From positions 3,446,760-3,510,759 of the forward strand of contig CM082576.2 of NCBI GenBank assembly GCA_040954595.2: 64,000 bases of DNA, written 5' to 3'. This DNA is from Balanoglossus misakiensis (Eukaryota; Animalia; Hemichordata). The position numbers and the translations under genes are program-made. Below the pieces are notes generated by a model. It was given only the letters and a program-made list of their open reading frames with translations, searched no databases and had not been told where the DNA came from. Below, one piece after another: positions 1-13,609 of this stretch (the first letter of the stretch is position 1; every line of letters starts with the position of its first letter).

Positions 1-3000
1 AAATTATTTGATTACGCCATAATTCTGTGCACGTGATTTGAAGTTTTCTGTTCAGATGAAGTGATTTGGGGAGTGGGACTGGGGGGGGGGGGGAGGGTGC
101 GCAACCATCTTGGTTGCCCTGCAGTGTTGTTAGTATTCCCTGCAGATGGTCAGACAGCAGTTTCTTGTCTAAAGTGTGTACTTTACATCGGCTGTTTTGC
201 TCCATTACGTCTTATTGTAGTTGCTGGCTAACCAGGGGCGGACACACTAAGCTTCACCATTCATTGCCTTTGGGCATTGCCGCCTCACCCGAAATCCCCA
301 AACATAGAAGACGAAAAAAGCAGAAAGGGAGAAAGAAAACGTGAGAAAAGAACTCCCTGTCGCAAGAGTAGTCATTGAAGACTGGTGAAACGTAATCCTG
401 TAATCAGAGAAGCCAGTCTTGCAAAACACAAGGTTCTCTTTCTATAGATAGGTTCCAATCGGCCGCCAGAGTGGGAAAGGCACATTTCACAAAGCTTGAT
501 TCAGCAACCGGCGTTGTCCCGATCGTATTACTTGTTAGAATGTAATCACATAGATTCCAAACAAAAACTGCGAGTAACCAGATAACGCTGTCCGCTTGTT
601 TCTAGATGAGCCAAGTTTTCCAGGTGAAATTAACCTGCTATGGGGAAAAAAAGTACAGTTTTCATGTGAATCTGCATCAGTGGGCTTTGTGCTTTTATGG
701 GGGAGGGGCAGCTTCCTGTTAAATATTTTATATCCCTGAACTCAGACATGGCTGGCACATCAATCTAAAATGTGCAGATATGCCATGCTAATTCCTATCT
801 TTCTCATTCTTATTTAAGTGATTATGTCTGTTCGTTATTAGTGTCCTGTCAGTGGTAGGCAGGTAGTCGTTTACCTATGGCATACTCGGCATTATGGGTA
901 TCGGTTGCCTTGTTAGTGTTGTGTGTCAGCGTCTTGATAAACGATATCGCTGTCGCCATTAATCATTCCCCAGTGTTATTAAATCAGATTGAGCAGGGAG
1001 CTATGATGTCATCGGCGGAATCTGTGTCGTCTGGTCTTCTGTCTAACGAGTCCAACCCCCCTTCTCTCGGAATGTAGTAGTCTCGTTGCTCATATCAGCT
1101 GCAGACATATTTTTCATTCCTGGTGGGTCTTACGCGGTTATTCTGAGCTGTATTGTGTCCAGTAAAGCCCCACGTCTTCAATGAATGAAAGTTACACATG
1201 TGGATTTAAGCATCGACAGCCTGGGGCGGTCCCTGGCTGGAGCGTGGAACGTCGGAGCTGGGCTGCCCCGGCTGGCCTTGGCTTCTTTTCAGTGGCTTTA
1301 GTGCCTGTGTGCACTGGCTGTTGTTATGTTAAAAGGAGTGCAGAGGCTACCTGGCATTAAATCAATAGAGGATTGGTGTTTTTTCCTGTTTGTGACATTT
1401 ATTCTTTCCACCCCTTGCACAAATCTGTGCCACTCTCACATATTTCACCTTCCCTCATAAATGTCAACGAGAATGTCCGTAACCTGCGGGCAGTTCCCGC
1501 ACTGGCTCTTGGACACAGAAAGCTCATTATTAATTTCGGCTTTCTTGTGAAATCCACCAAAATATAATGTGAATGTTTTTTACTCAAAGAAACCTTTTTT
1601 TCCCCGAAACTTTGTAAAGTCAACAAGAAAGAAACCGTTTAACTTTAAATGCCATGAGTTTTTAAAAATATTGTGTACCTACTATGTGTCATTTTTAATG
1701 AGACAGACATATCAAATGTCCCAAAGTATAATGTATGGCTTTTTGTGTATTTTCCACACTTTACAGATACTGCCAATGTTACTGTATTCTACATGACCTT
1801 ATATAGACTGTTATTTTCTTCTTAATGTGCAACGGTTGAAACCTAATACTCTGTTATAAACTTGAAAAGGATGTAGGAAGCCTCCCTTTTTTTGCTTTGG
1901 CGAACTGTCTCTCAGCCATCTAAAATTAGATTTTATGGAACGGAAGAGGACAATTTACGTGATTGTTCATCTGTTGAAAACCAAACCGTGACTGATAGGT
2001 ATTCTCTGAGAAGGACGGGGCTCCGCTTGTCCCCAGATGCAGTGAAGGGGAATGCTTGGTAACAGGCAGGCCCTCGCTGCTGGCACAATGGACGATGTCA
2101 GGTCGCGAAAGGGGGGTAAGCTGGAGGTCAAACGAAAAACTGCCAGTAGCTGTGACACTGATCCGGTACACCACTGTCTACTGTAAGACGATAAGGCAGT
2201 GCGTAAACTCAACAGTACATTTGGAGGCCCATGAGTGCGTCATTCGTAGACAGACCCGCTTATTTTAGAGGGTTATAAGCTGATACCCACACAAAAGTCA
2301 AGTGTGTTTTTGTTTTTTCACAAGCCTTCCTTTCTAGTTCTGTGCACATTTCTGTCATAGTCGGAATACTTTTATCCATTGTTAGTTTTGACGCTCTGTC
2401 AGTTTCAGGACAACTGTGTTAACTTTTTAGGTACAAATTTTGTCAAGTTTTTTGAAGAAGAAAACTCAAAAATGTATAGATGTTGTTAATCTAGCCGGGC
2501 CGATAGCATTACCAGATTCCCATTTATCATTGTTACCATGTCGATGTTTTACAGATGTGAGAATTTTATCTTAACTGTGAAATAAATGATTGCTTCAACC
2601 TATTGCCTGGTACTAGTATTTTGCATATTTTCCACATCGTAAGCATTCACTTTTGGCGGCCTACATCCATTCCTTTTGTGACCCCTTTCTTTCCCCACAA
2701 CAAATTAAAACTTTCTGCACGTTTTGAAAAAGCCGTTTTCTGGAGGTGGGTGTGGATTCTCAGTTGTCTTGATGATTCTTGTTTAATATTTCGTCCAAAA
2801 AGGTAATTCCACACACATAAAAAACTGCACCTCTTCCACTGGCAAAATTCAAAAACAGAAAACTTATTTTCACAATCTTGGGCTTTGCTGATGCTTTGCC
2901 ATTGTCAAGATAATCCGAATGACGTTCTGGCTGATAACATGCGGCACTTTTCAACTTGTTGTGCAGGTACACAGGTAAAAACAAGCGATCGATCAATGAA

Positions 3001-6000
3001 AATTTCAAACCCTTTTAGATTCCCACAAGGTCCGTACACAATAGGGAATCTATCCACAGGAAATCTGAAATTGAATTTCACATGTTCGGATACGCTATTT
3101 TAAATCAATTGCAGATACTGTGCTATTCAGCTGACAGCCTTTCTTTCCCAAAATCAATTTGTGGTGTGTTTGTGTGTGTGTGTTTTTTTTGAGGGCCCCT
3201 GGGCAATCAAGATAGCGATTGGAGCGCTATAAATGATCATTATTTTCCCTCTCACTGACAGGGCTGTGTTGTGTGCAGTGACGAAGTAGGGTTTCTCTAA
3301 TGAATGAGTTGTCATGGCGACCACATCGTCTTTGATGATGATGATGGCCGCGGCAGTCGAGGCGGTGGTTCTGCGGGCAAAGTGGGAGATTAAAAGGAAA
3401 ATGGCCACACCCCCGGTGCAATTGATAAGACGCTGAATCAATCCTTAATGTCAAAGGTGGATTAAAACTGTTCAAGAAGAGCCACCCTCCCTTATACGGT
3501 TACCGTTGCAGTTTGTGGATGATTTTATACGATTTAGTCACTGCCAAAAATCAGTGTATAGCCCAAGGAAGCAAAAAACAACCCAACAAAACAGTTTATC
3601 ATACAAATTATTTCAGGCCAGTTGACTTTGTAGCAAATATGAGCAGGTAATGTCCATTCACACTGGTTTTTCCAAAAGTTGAAAAGCAAGTCAGACCAGG
3701 TGGCATATTTTTCTTAACTAATGAATCTGTGGTGAAATTTAAATGCCAGAAGTACAAATGCATGAATACACAATATCGGATATTCGTGTCAAAAATTTGA
3801 TGTCAGAAAATAGCCAAAGGTGTACAAAAATCATGATTGTTAATGATCTTTGCTGTATCACAAATGTTTGTATATCATCGCCATGGTTACTCCAGTGCCT
3901 TTAATTTATTCTGCTAATCTCAGCTACATCCGTATAATTCTGTGTTTTTAATGGCTTTTGAAATTAATGCTCATTGTGTCCTCATGAATCAGGAGAGAAA
4001 AAATTTCTGTTTCTGCCGGGAAAAAAAAATGTGCAATTGAACATTTGAGAATAATCAGAAATGATTTTTTTTAGTTTTTTAGCTCAAATTTGTGAATAGT
4101 GTTCAAGTAGCTGTTAGAGAATCCCTGTGCTGATTCTGAACAATACAGGCTGTGTCTGTAGTGTGAGCTTCTCTTTTACTGCTTGTAGGCAACTCTTGTA
4201 TTGCCATAGCAATGGCACGGTGCCTGTAGCTCTCGGCCTTTCCTCAAGGATGGAGGAGCAAGAGCCTCTGAAGACGGCACAATGTCTGAGATGATAAAAA
4301 GGTGACAAAAGTATGTGATTAAGAACACGCCATTATAATTTATTCCTAATTTGGGTAAATTACCGTGATTCCTCATTTCAGGGAAGGTGACCAAGTATCA
4401 ACTTCCTCCTCTTTTGAAAGTATCCCCCCTCACTGAAAAACACACTCATAAAATTTGGGTCTACAAGTACCTGGCCATATTGTCGCCACTGTGCCAGTTT
4501 GTTGTGCAGATTGCAATTTTGATCCATACACAAGAAAAAAATCAGTCACATCAGTGAAGAATAAATAGCAGATATGTTATCTAAACTGTGGTGTGGTAGG
4601 ATGTATTTAAAAAAAAAGCATGTTTTGGACAGGCGTTCAAGAAAAATGTTCATATTTTGACTTCTATAAATTTATGCATAGTTTTGATCGTAATTTTACC
4701 ACAAAATTCTCATGAAAATTATATTTTGACGAAAATTCAAACATATTTATGCCTGCAAGAATGATAATCATTTTAATCAAAATCCGCCAGGGCATGGTCA
4801 ACCAAGAAGCCTTCAACAGAAAAGCCATTATAAAATCTTGTGTGATCATATCCATGGAAGGGTACATTTATAGTTATTTTTTCACCCCTTGTGTATATAT
4901 GCTCAAAACTAGTTTGTCCCATCAAGATATTTACTCATGGGCCATGTCAATATTCTGCAGTTGTTGGTATAGTTTCCAAATTTTCATTTAAAGACCTTGT
5001 GATTTTTATCAGACTTATCTGACAACAAATTGACACACCTGATAAATATTTCAGTTGAAAAAACAAAGAACTGCTACCCGGTAAATACATGCTCCAACAA
5101 GTAATGTGGGAATAGAAAACTTGCTTTAAATTTAGATTAATATGAAGGGGGAAACAGCCTGTCATGAGAAGTCCTTGTAAAGTTTACTGCCACCAAAGTG
5201 CACGGTCCTCGATATATTTGTTGTAGTTAAAAATGTTGAGTGCACATGTAAGGTGACACGGTTTTAGACCCCTGATATTCATTCATGCTTTATTTGTATT
5301 TAAGTAACAGATGTTTTGGGAATTGGGAATATGGTGTGCGAAAAGTAAATCTGTGTGTGCCATTATTATAATGTCGCTGGCAAGGATGATTTTTGTTTGT
5401 TTGATATTCCGCTGAGACTTGTGGGTAAATGATTAACCGCGTCCAAACACTGGCTATAACCACAAGTACCTGGGTTTTCTAGCTACCATATATAAGCTCC
5501 GTAAACATACTCAGTCTGGCTGTCGGGGAGCTGAAATTTTTCAGTTGCCCTCCACAAAATAGGAGTCGAATCTGGCAACAGAAGTATTCGCCAACATGGT
5601 AAATGGAACCAGACTGAATACAAGTTTCACATATTGAACAACATTCATGAGTGACGTCCCTTGTGAATGTTGGTTTGACTTTTCTGACTTGACTTTAATG
5701 TCAAAAAAATGCTGAAGATACAGTGAACACAAAATCACCAAAGAAGTGAAAAATACGTGCACCCCAATGTATTGAATGACGACATCGACAACAAGGCAAT
5801 ATCCAGTCAGGGAGAACCAGGTCTTTAGATATATTGAGCTTAGAGATGTACCACTGCCTGAAAAGCATTAATAATTTAACTTGTGATGACCAAGTTGCTC
5901 GTAGCTAATGGGGATTTTGATCTTTGGATTCCAATTTCACAAATGCACCCTGCCCCCGCAAACAAGAAATAGACCTTTGAGAGAAAGAACCCCTCAAAAA

Positions 6001-9000
6001 ATGACAAGAAGAGAGGCAACAAAACTAATCTCTGATTTTATCTTGCAAAATTTCATCATGCTTTACTCTTTAGTGCCAGTGGGTGTGGGGAGGGGGGAGT
6101 GGCCCTGGCCCATATTAATTCCGTGTCTTAAGCTTCTTTCGGTTGTGACTGGGAGGGATCCACAGGAGTTCAGCAGATTCTGCAGGGGACATCTTACAAC
6201 ACCTGATGATGTCAGAGTTCTGAGGGGTCGTTGTCGAATGTTTTATGCATGATCTAGGGCAAGGTACTCAGTGCAAGTGGTTAGCATACCTTTGTTGTTA
6301 GAAAAAAAAAACCCACTGGCGACGTGTTTATTTCAACCGCTGCCAGACTGACACCTAATAGCCACGACAGTAAAACACACTTCAGGAAACGGCGGTAAAA
6401 AATTAAGACAGATTCGTCATCTTGTTTTTTATGCTCTGCATTGTTGCAACCAGGAGCAAAGTTCAAGATGCGGTGCCCGTGTGTTTTTTTATCGACGGTT
6501 ATTGATCGCAGAGGGGATGTATGTCTTATTTTTCAAGTCTATAAAACATTTTGCTATCAAGGTAACGGCTGAATGGCTGTGTTGTTAGCGTGCAAGTCGG
6601 AGCTTTTGGCAGCGATAAGGCTCCATGTTTACTCTGTCGGCGGCTGATACCAGGCAGAGCAGCCTGACTTGGTTGTCATGGTAGAGTCATCGTGCAATCG
6701 TTACTTCCAACTCCAAGGGATGGGGGGGGGACTGGCCTCTTCAGATCAGTGGATAAGGTAGGATGGGGGGGGGGGCACAGTGCCAAAAAAGAAGAACAAT
6801 GGGCCGGAGACACGATAATAGCGATATATATATTTGATGTGTAAATGTCAGCACCTGCTATTCTGGCAAACACATACACGACCCTTGGAGTCTCTCAGTC
6901 CGAGGGGATAAATCGCGAGTGCGTGTGCGCGGGCGGTAACGGTCTCCTTGTAAACTGAAGCAGGTGGTTATAAAGTGACGCATTCTTATCTCACCATAGA
7001 ACCTTAAATTAAACCGGTTGCGATAGCACAGGCAAAGTCGCACCCAGAGTCCCTTTTAATAAATAATTCCAAGTGTGTAATTTCAAACATGCTATTACAT
7101 GCCCAGGTTGCTAAAAACATTGCTGCGGGTGGTACATTTCTCCCGCGTTGTAAAATTCATTTGGGAGATGAAGAAATCAAGATCAAAACTGCCCTCGGGA
7201 GCCTGGCTCAGTCTCTAATAACACTGAGCGGGTTTGGTTTCTCGGGGGTTAACAACGAGATTTGCTGTGTAAAACATGTTCTGTCCTCCAGGTGCAAAGC
7301 AGCTTCCTCTCCCTCCACATGTAAATCTTCCCCAAGTTCTAATAACCAACAAATTGCCATAAAGGTCGGGCTAATGCTACGGTAATAGCAACCGAAAAAT
7401 TGCACAGCGGTTGTTGATGATTCTTAGCATTCCAGCCCCAGCTCAGGTAATTACATGTCCCCAGCTTCTGTCTGCCAGGTAACAGAAAAGGGCCCTGTTT
7501 CTGTTGCCCTTATCCAACGGTAAATCAAAAAAAAAAAGCCCCGCTCATCGAAACACAATGCCAAGCAAAGTCCAGAGTTCAGAGATATATGTGACTGATA
7601 TGCAGCCATTTACCTTAGCCAGTCTAGATTAATTGATGCCCCTCCCACTATATCGAGGACTTCTGGGTTTGAAAACCAGAATGCAACATTATACAACCTG
7701 TGGTCCGTAACAACAGAAACCAGCCGAAGTTATTTATTGATCAGGAACTTTTTTGTGTTTTTTTCTTGTGCTGAGCTGACAACTTCACAATTTATTTGTT
7801 TGGACTTGTATTGATTGTAAGTTGTATTTCAGCGCCAAAAATCACGTGTTGCTGACAGCAGACATGTTTACACGTGCCCACACCTGCCTGTAATATGATG
7901 GTCATTTCAGCAACAGAAAACTGTAGATTACATAAAACTCTGAAAATTCAACCCGTTCTTTTTTCCTTGACTATATCCCAAACCTTGCCCGTCTTCACCC
8001 GTGGTCACAGTCATGGATAGGGAAACGCAAAGGACATTGACCTCCTTAGAAATATAAAAATAAAAGAAAAACCTTGCATCATATTTATGCTGGTTGCTTG
8101 CTGAGGCATTCGTGTATACAGTACCCCTATTATTCCAAAATTCTGGCCACATTCATCAAAACTGACACATTGCATCATCTATTTATCACTGGTCACTTGA
8201 ACACTGGTATCATTAAGATAACATATGGACATTTCACAAGGTCCAATAAATCACCCTCAAAAGAAGAAAAAAACACTATTATATGAACCCAAAACTCTGG
8301 AGACAACTCGCCTGATGAATAATTTATGAATAATTTATGATTACTCAATAGGTTTTACACTAGCCGTTTTATGTTCCATCCAGAGTGTGTGAGGCCACAT
8401 CTATATTTAATATGTTGTATGGTTCTTTTCTTCCTATAAAGCATAAGGATTGGGACCATGCAGATTAAATTTTATTGTTTCTCTTTTACAGAGAAGAAAT
8501 GACAGAGAGAGATCTTTCCATCTATTGGGGGAGTGACAATTGAGCTGACCAAATTACTGTAATGCCAACATTTATTATTTAGAGGGGGGGCTTTCTTACC
8601 TGAACAGATGATTAAAAATTGTTCAAAATTAATTAAAATAATGCAGTTGATTTTTATGGGTTAGTTTTGTGAAGTGCCTGCAGGTAAGGAAGGCCGTGGG
8701 ACTTGAACATGCCTTTATATGTCAATGGACAGGCGTCTCAGTTCTTCTTTGAGCGCTGCTCTTTCTTGGCCACATTTGAGCTCATTGAACTCAGCTACAT
8801 GTAGCTGGGTTAGGTCAGACTGTTTCCAAAACTGTTTGGCTATTATCAAGGACTGTCAGTGAGTAAATCAAAGCACAATTGGGCAACTGTGTGGAGACTT
8901 AATAGGGCTCTGACTGTTTGGGGTATATTAGTTGATGGCAGATTAATAGGCTTCTCACTGACATCTTCAGTGCAGGATTTATGCTTCTCCAGATGTTGTT

Positions 9001-11716
9001 CTAAAGGCGAAATGGGCCCATAAAATGTCCCCTTGCTGAATAGTTTGATTTCAAATAGCCACATTACACCCCGTGGAAATCTTAGGTTCAGTCTTAGGTC
9101 ACATACAGCAAATCAGCCAAAATGGCGGGAAAGTAAGGACAACCTATTTTAAATTGTAGGTTTGTCGTCATAATTGTAAAGCCCCATGTTACAGAACTTT
9201 GTGTCTTTCAGTTGTCTTCATGAAGTCATTTGCAGGCGATGTACCAGCATGACTTTCATTGGTGAAAGTCAAGTACCCAAGGGCAATGTTCAGTCCTGCA
9301 TCAAGCTTTTTTTTTTTGCCTCATCGTAAAATCTCACTGACCGTCTTGTTTCCACTTTCATCAAATACACCCCACATGTGCTTTGTTTTTTTCTCACGGT
9401 CTCTGCTGTATCTGTGCTGGCAGATAAATTTAGAAGCTCGGAAAGTGTGGAAAATCCCCTGCTGGCTATTATGAAAATCATATATTCTTCTGAATTTCAA
9501 GGCCCTGGTGCATCCTGGAAGTAACCTAGACCAACAACTGGTAAATCCAGATATGTTATGCCTGTAGTTCCATATTTTATATTTTGTACTCTAGTATCTA
9601 GCTGTGACCGAGTCTTGAGTCAAATTTTCTGTGTGAGAGACTGTTGATTCGTACCCAGAAGTTGAAGTGACATACAGTTTACAATTTAACAAAAATAACA
9701 AGAGTCTGCTGTCTTGTCCCTTGTTAAAATAAAGTTGCTTCCGGTTCATGGATTGGTGCAGTGTCGCGACCTTTCAGCTTCCTACCAGACACGCTTCCCT
9801 CTGTTGATGACAGGAAGGTTCGAGGCAGTTGTGATTTGGAGGGAAATTTTGGGAAGCGTAAGTTATGATCGGAAGCAGACAGCAAAGGACGTGCCGTGCC
9901 AAAACAGAGACATGCGATAGCGGTCTTGTTGCCTGAAATGATGACAAAAAATCAGGACTTTCATAAATAAAGGAATTAAACTGGGCTCAGGCACATGACG
10001 GTTTCATAAAACACTGGTTGTCTGATATATTGTATGACAGCTCGACACTCTCCCCCAGAGAGCTGAAGTGCTTGACACCAGTGACTGTTCCACTGCTTGG
10101 ATGCATGCCTCCCACTTTTTGTAACTGCGAAAGACATAAATTTCGGAATGTGACATCTTTGTGGGTATGCGTGTGTATATGATCTTTGAAAAGAAACAGT
10201 ATCCTTTCCTCTTTCATGTGACATAAATGATGGTCGACTATTTTTGATGGTGATATTGCCATCCCAAATTTAGACCTGTTTAGAAAGGGCAGTAAGCAGA
10301 AGTTTAGCAAGTTATCTGAGATGGGGTTTTTTTCTGTCAAGAAACTCATAAAAAATGTTTTCATTTTCAGTATGTCTCATCTTCAAAATGTTTTCCTGCT
10401 TCTTGAGTTTGGAGATGGATATGTTGTTTCCTTGATTTTTCTTTTACTAGTGTTTCATAACCTCAGGTGCTTGCAGGCAAATACGCACAGATGGCAACAT
10501 GAGTGATGGAAATGAAAAAGAGGGGGAGACTTGAAATAAAAACAGGCATTTTCAGGGACATTCAGTGTGTATGTCATATCCACCTGGGCCTGTTTATCTG
10601 TCTGTACCTGCAATGTGACAAAATCTTCATTGAAATCTCAACATTTTTCATATCTAAATAATGAGTTTGCAAAAGACATTTTTGTTAATAGACAAACAGG
10701 TTGGATCACACCCTGTAATCACTCCCACTGATTCCAAGTTTTAATCGTTGTTGTCATGTACTTGTCCAGATCTTCACACACGGAGAGAGATAGAGAGTGC
10801 CAGGGCATGCTTATCAGTGAGAAGTATTAAAAGCACACACAGGTATATTGTGGTTCATCCCTTTAATGCTCCAAGCCTCTAGTCCTTTAGTGCAGTTTCG
10901 TGAAATTATTTATCAAGGATTGACTGAATTAATGATCAGGAAGCAGTCCCCACGGGTTGTCGGGAAGCTGCTTGTTTTCGTTTTCTGTATGTCCTGCGAG
11001 AAAGGGAAAAAAGGTACCCTGGATTTAGAATCTGCTCTCAATGGCAAGATTTTCTGGTCGACGGGGTTTTGCCGGCCGTCTGAAATCAGACCCAGTTGGG
11101 TGCAGTTTCCACGTCAACAACCCCTCGTGATTTGGAGTTTGTGCTGAGTTTTTTTTCCCTTCTCAATGGAGGCAGTATAGGAGGAAGTGTCGGTGCGGCG
11201 GTGAATGCGAAATCAGCGGCTTTGTTGCCATGGTTGTAGCCATGGCAACCAGAGCATCACCAAGCAGTTAAATTGTAATATACTGCAGCAGAGAAGCACT
11301 TGGATGACATTCAGCATTGATTGAAAAATACTGCGTTCCATCCATCCGATGGTCTTCACAGTCTGTGGAAAGGCCTGCATGTTGTGTGAGATATTATGGC
11401 TTTCATCTTCTGTGGTTCAGAAGGGATTCTGACTGTTTTCATCAATTTTCAGTGGTTGCGTTACCTCTGTTAAGTGTGTCCCTTGTTTTAAAGTCATGTT
11501 CGTTGGCTTGACCACAGTCTCCCTATAAATGAACAAGAGAGAGAAAGAGCAAGACCTTGGCAAGCGAAGATGGGTGTAACTTTATTACTGTCAATAAAAA
11601 CAATTGGTTTCCCCATATTATATAGCGACAAGTTTTATATGTGGCCAGTTTTGATTTCAATCATTGAATGATGCGAGATAATTTCATTTTGTAATAAAAT
11701 ATTTGCTACAGAATAA

Positions 11717-11761
11717 GATGATGATGATGATGATGATGATGAGGAGGAGGAGGAGGAGGAG
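11717..11761. repeat. Compound microsatellite (GAT)n(GAG)n
   Basis: gatgatgat... followed by gaggaggag... Confidence 0.9.
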
Positions 11762-13494
11762 GGCAGTGATGATGAAATGATAGTTTATGAAAGATGGTTA
11801 TATATTATTATTTTGTTAAGACGGGCCATCAATTTTTCTACAGGCATAATGTTCCACCACCAGTTGATAATATAGTACACACGGATGATAATGCCAAATG
11901 CAAGATGTTACAAGATTGTCTCCATGATAATCCACAGCATTGGCTTAAAGCAGTGGCAAAGCCGTAATGACTTCTTAAACACTGAAATCCTAGAACAGCA
12001 GTAAAATCTGCGTTGTTAGCCAACCCTCACAAGCGAGTGAAAGCCTATACAAAGTCAACCAGACCTAATAAATTGCCTCAGAGATCAGATTTATCCATCA
12101 CGCTCAATGCACACACACAAAACAGGAAAAGTAAACCGTAGTGCAGATTTGTGTGAGGATTAAGTTGCTTTCTTGCAGAGACCGCTTCCAAGCTAATAAC
12201 GCCCCCGAAGTTTTCTCTTGTTGTTTGTTTGTTTAAAGAATATCTGGATTAATGGCGAGAGTAACGTTAATATGTCTATGTTGGGCAATATATGGAGATG
12301 ACCTGTGTAACCATACCCTGTGATTTCCCTGTGATTTCCTGTACAGCTTCGAGATGAGTCACTCTGTTAGGGAATATCCAGTTCTGTTTTCAAAAGTGCT
12401 TCTCAGTTTCATAATTCACATGTATGACAACAGTCGACATCCTGTGTGTAATCTCTTTCAAGAAATTTTAAAGGGAAATCAGATCTGAAAATTGCATTCA
12501 TCGTTCAGATTTTGAAATATGAGTTCTCAAAATATTGCAATATTACAAACCATTTCTACGAATGAAAGGCAAAATATCTAACACTAGTCGTTCAATTTTA
12601 GGCTAAACATTTCAATGATCATACACTTGAAATGTTCTGATTTTTTTCTTGGGAAGCAAGATTTCCTCAAATTTGTAGTTTGATAATTCACATGGTCTCC
12701 CGCAAAGTGATTATCTAGGATAGGTGGTTGTTCGGCTTGCTCAGATGGTGGGTCAGTTTCTAAATTTCTCATCTAAGGCGATTCTTGCAATTCAAGACTT
12801 GGGTTTAGCCTCAAACTTCGATAAAGACATGTATTATTGACCCCCTCAGTGGTGTAAAACTAAAGATTGGAAAATACCATTTCATCAGCTACAGTAACCA
12901 TGACACTATTGAATTACCAACTTGTGTATTTTAGTTATCTTCGTAGAATAGAAATACCACAGTGTTCACAGACTGGGGTATGTCAATAACACTGGTGTAA
13001 TCATTCAAATGTCACATGATACAGCTGGCTTCTGGTTGCCTTGGGAACCAGATGAAGAAAGAAATTTGAGATGGAACAGGATACTTGACCCTATCTCAGT
13101 GTCAGTATGCACCCATCAAAATTTATCCCATTGACGGTTTTTGTCTGCGTGGAACAACAATAAATTATGTATTCTGTGGTGATTTTGGCAATTAAAGTTA
13201 CAAATGTAGCCTAGGTGGTGATGATTTGGCTGGTTGTGTTTAAAGGGACATATATAACACAGCTGGCTCTTTTTTTCTGTTTTGTTTCCCTAAAACAGTT
13301 ACCTGCATAGGCAAAAGATCTATTGTCTATATCTGCAAAATGGTGGCAATGATTTTCTCATCTAGTCATTTACCTCCTGGTATTCACTTGGATGTGGTCT
13401 CAACATCGGAACAAACTACTCTGTCTTGCCTATGTGTACTGTCATGATCAGGGTTAACCTTCTGTTCTTCTCTTCTGTTCTTCTCTGATATCAG

Positions 13495-13609
13495 GTCTCC
13501 AGAAAGTAGGATGCTGTTGCACGGAGAGCAGACAACAGCAGAGAAGCAAGCAGACAGACTAGTGCATGATTTGAGCCAGCTGAAGAGAGACATGAAGACA
13601 GTACTTCAG
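13495..13609 (+). CDS. KIAA0586: TALPID3 exon (SPESRMLLHGEQTTAEKQADRLVHDLSQLKRDMKTVLQ)
   Basis: Pyrimidine-rich acceptor ..atcag, donor gtgagt; coiled-coil-like open frame. Confidence 0.8.

Noticed and set aside
4189-4310. Possible extra TALPID3 exon after a ttgtag acceptor
   Set aside because: All frames reach stops before a good donor, and there is no TALPID3-like sequence.
11717-11780. (GAT)n(GAG)n read as a poly-Asp/Glu coding exon
   Set aside because: Bounded by stops with no usable splice sites; it is a microsatellite.
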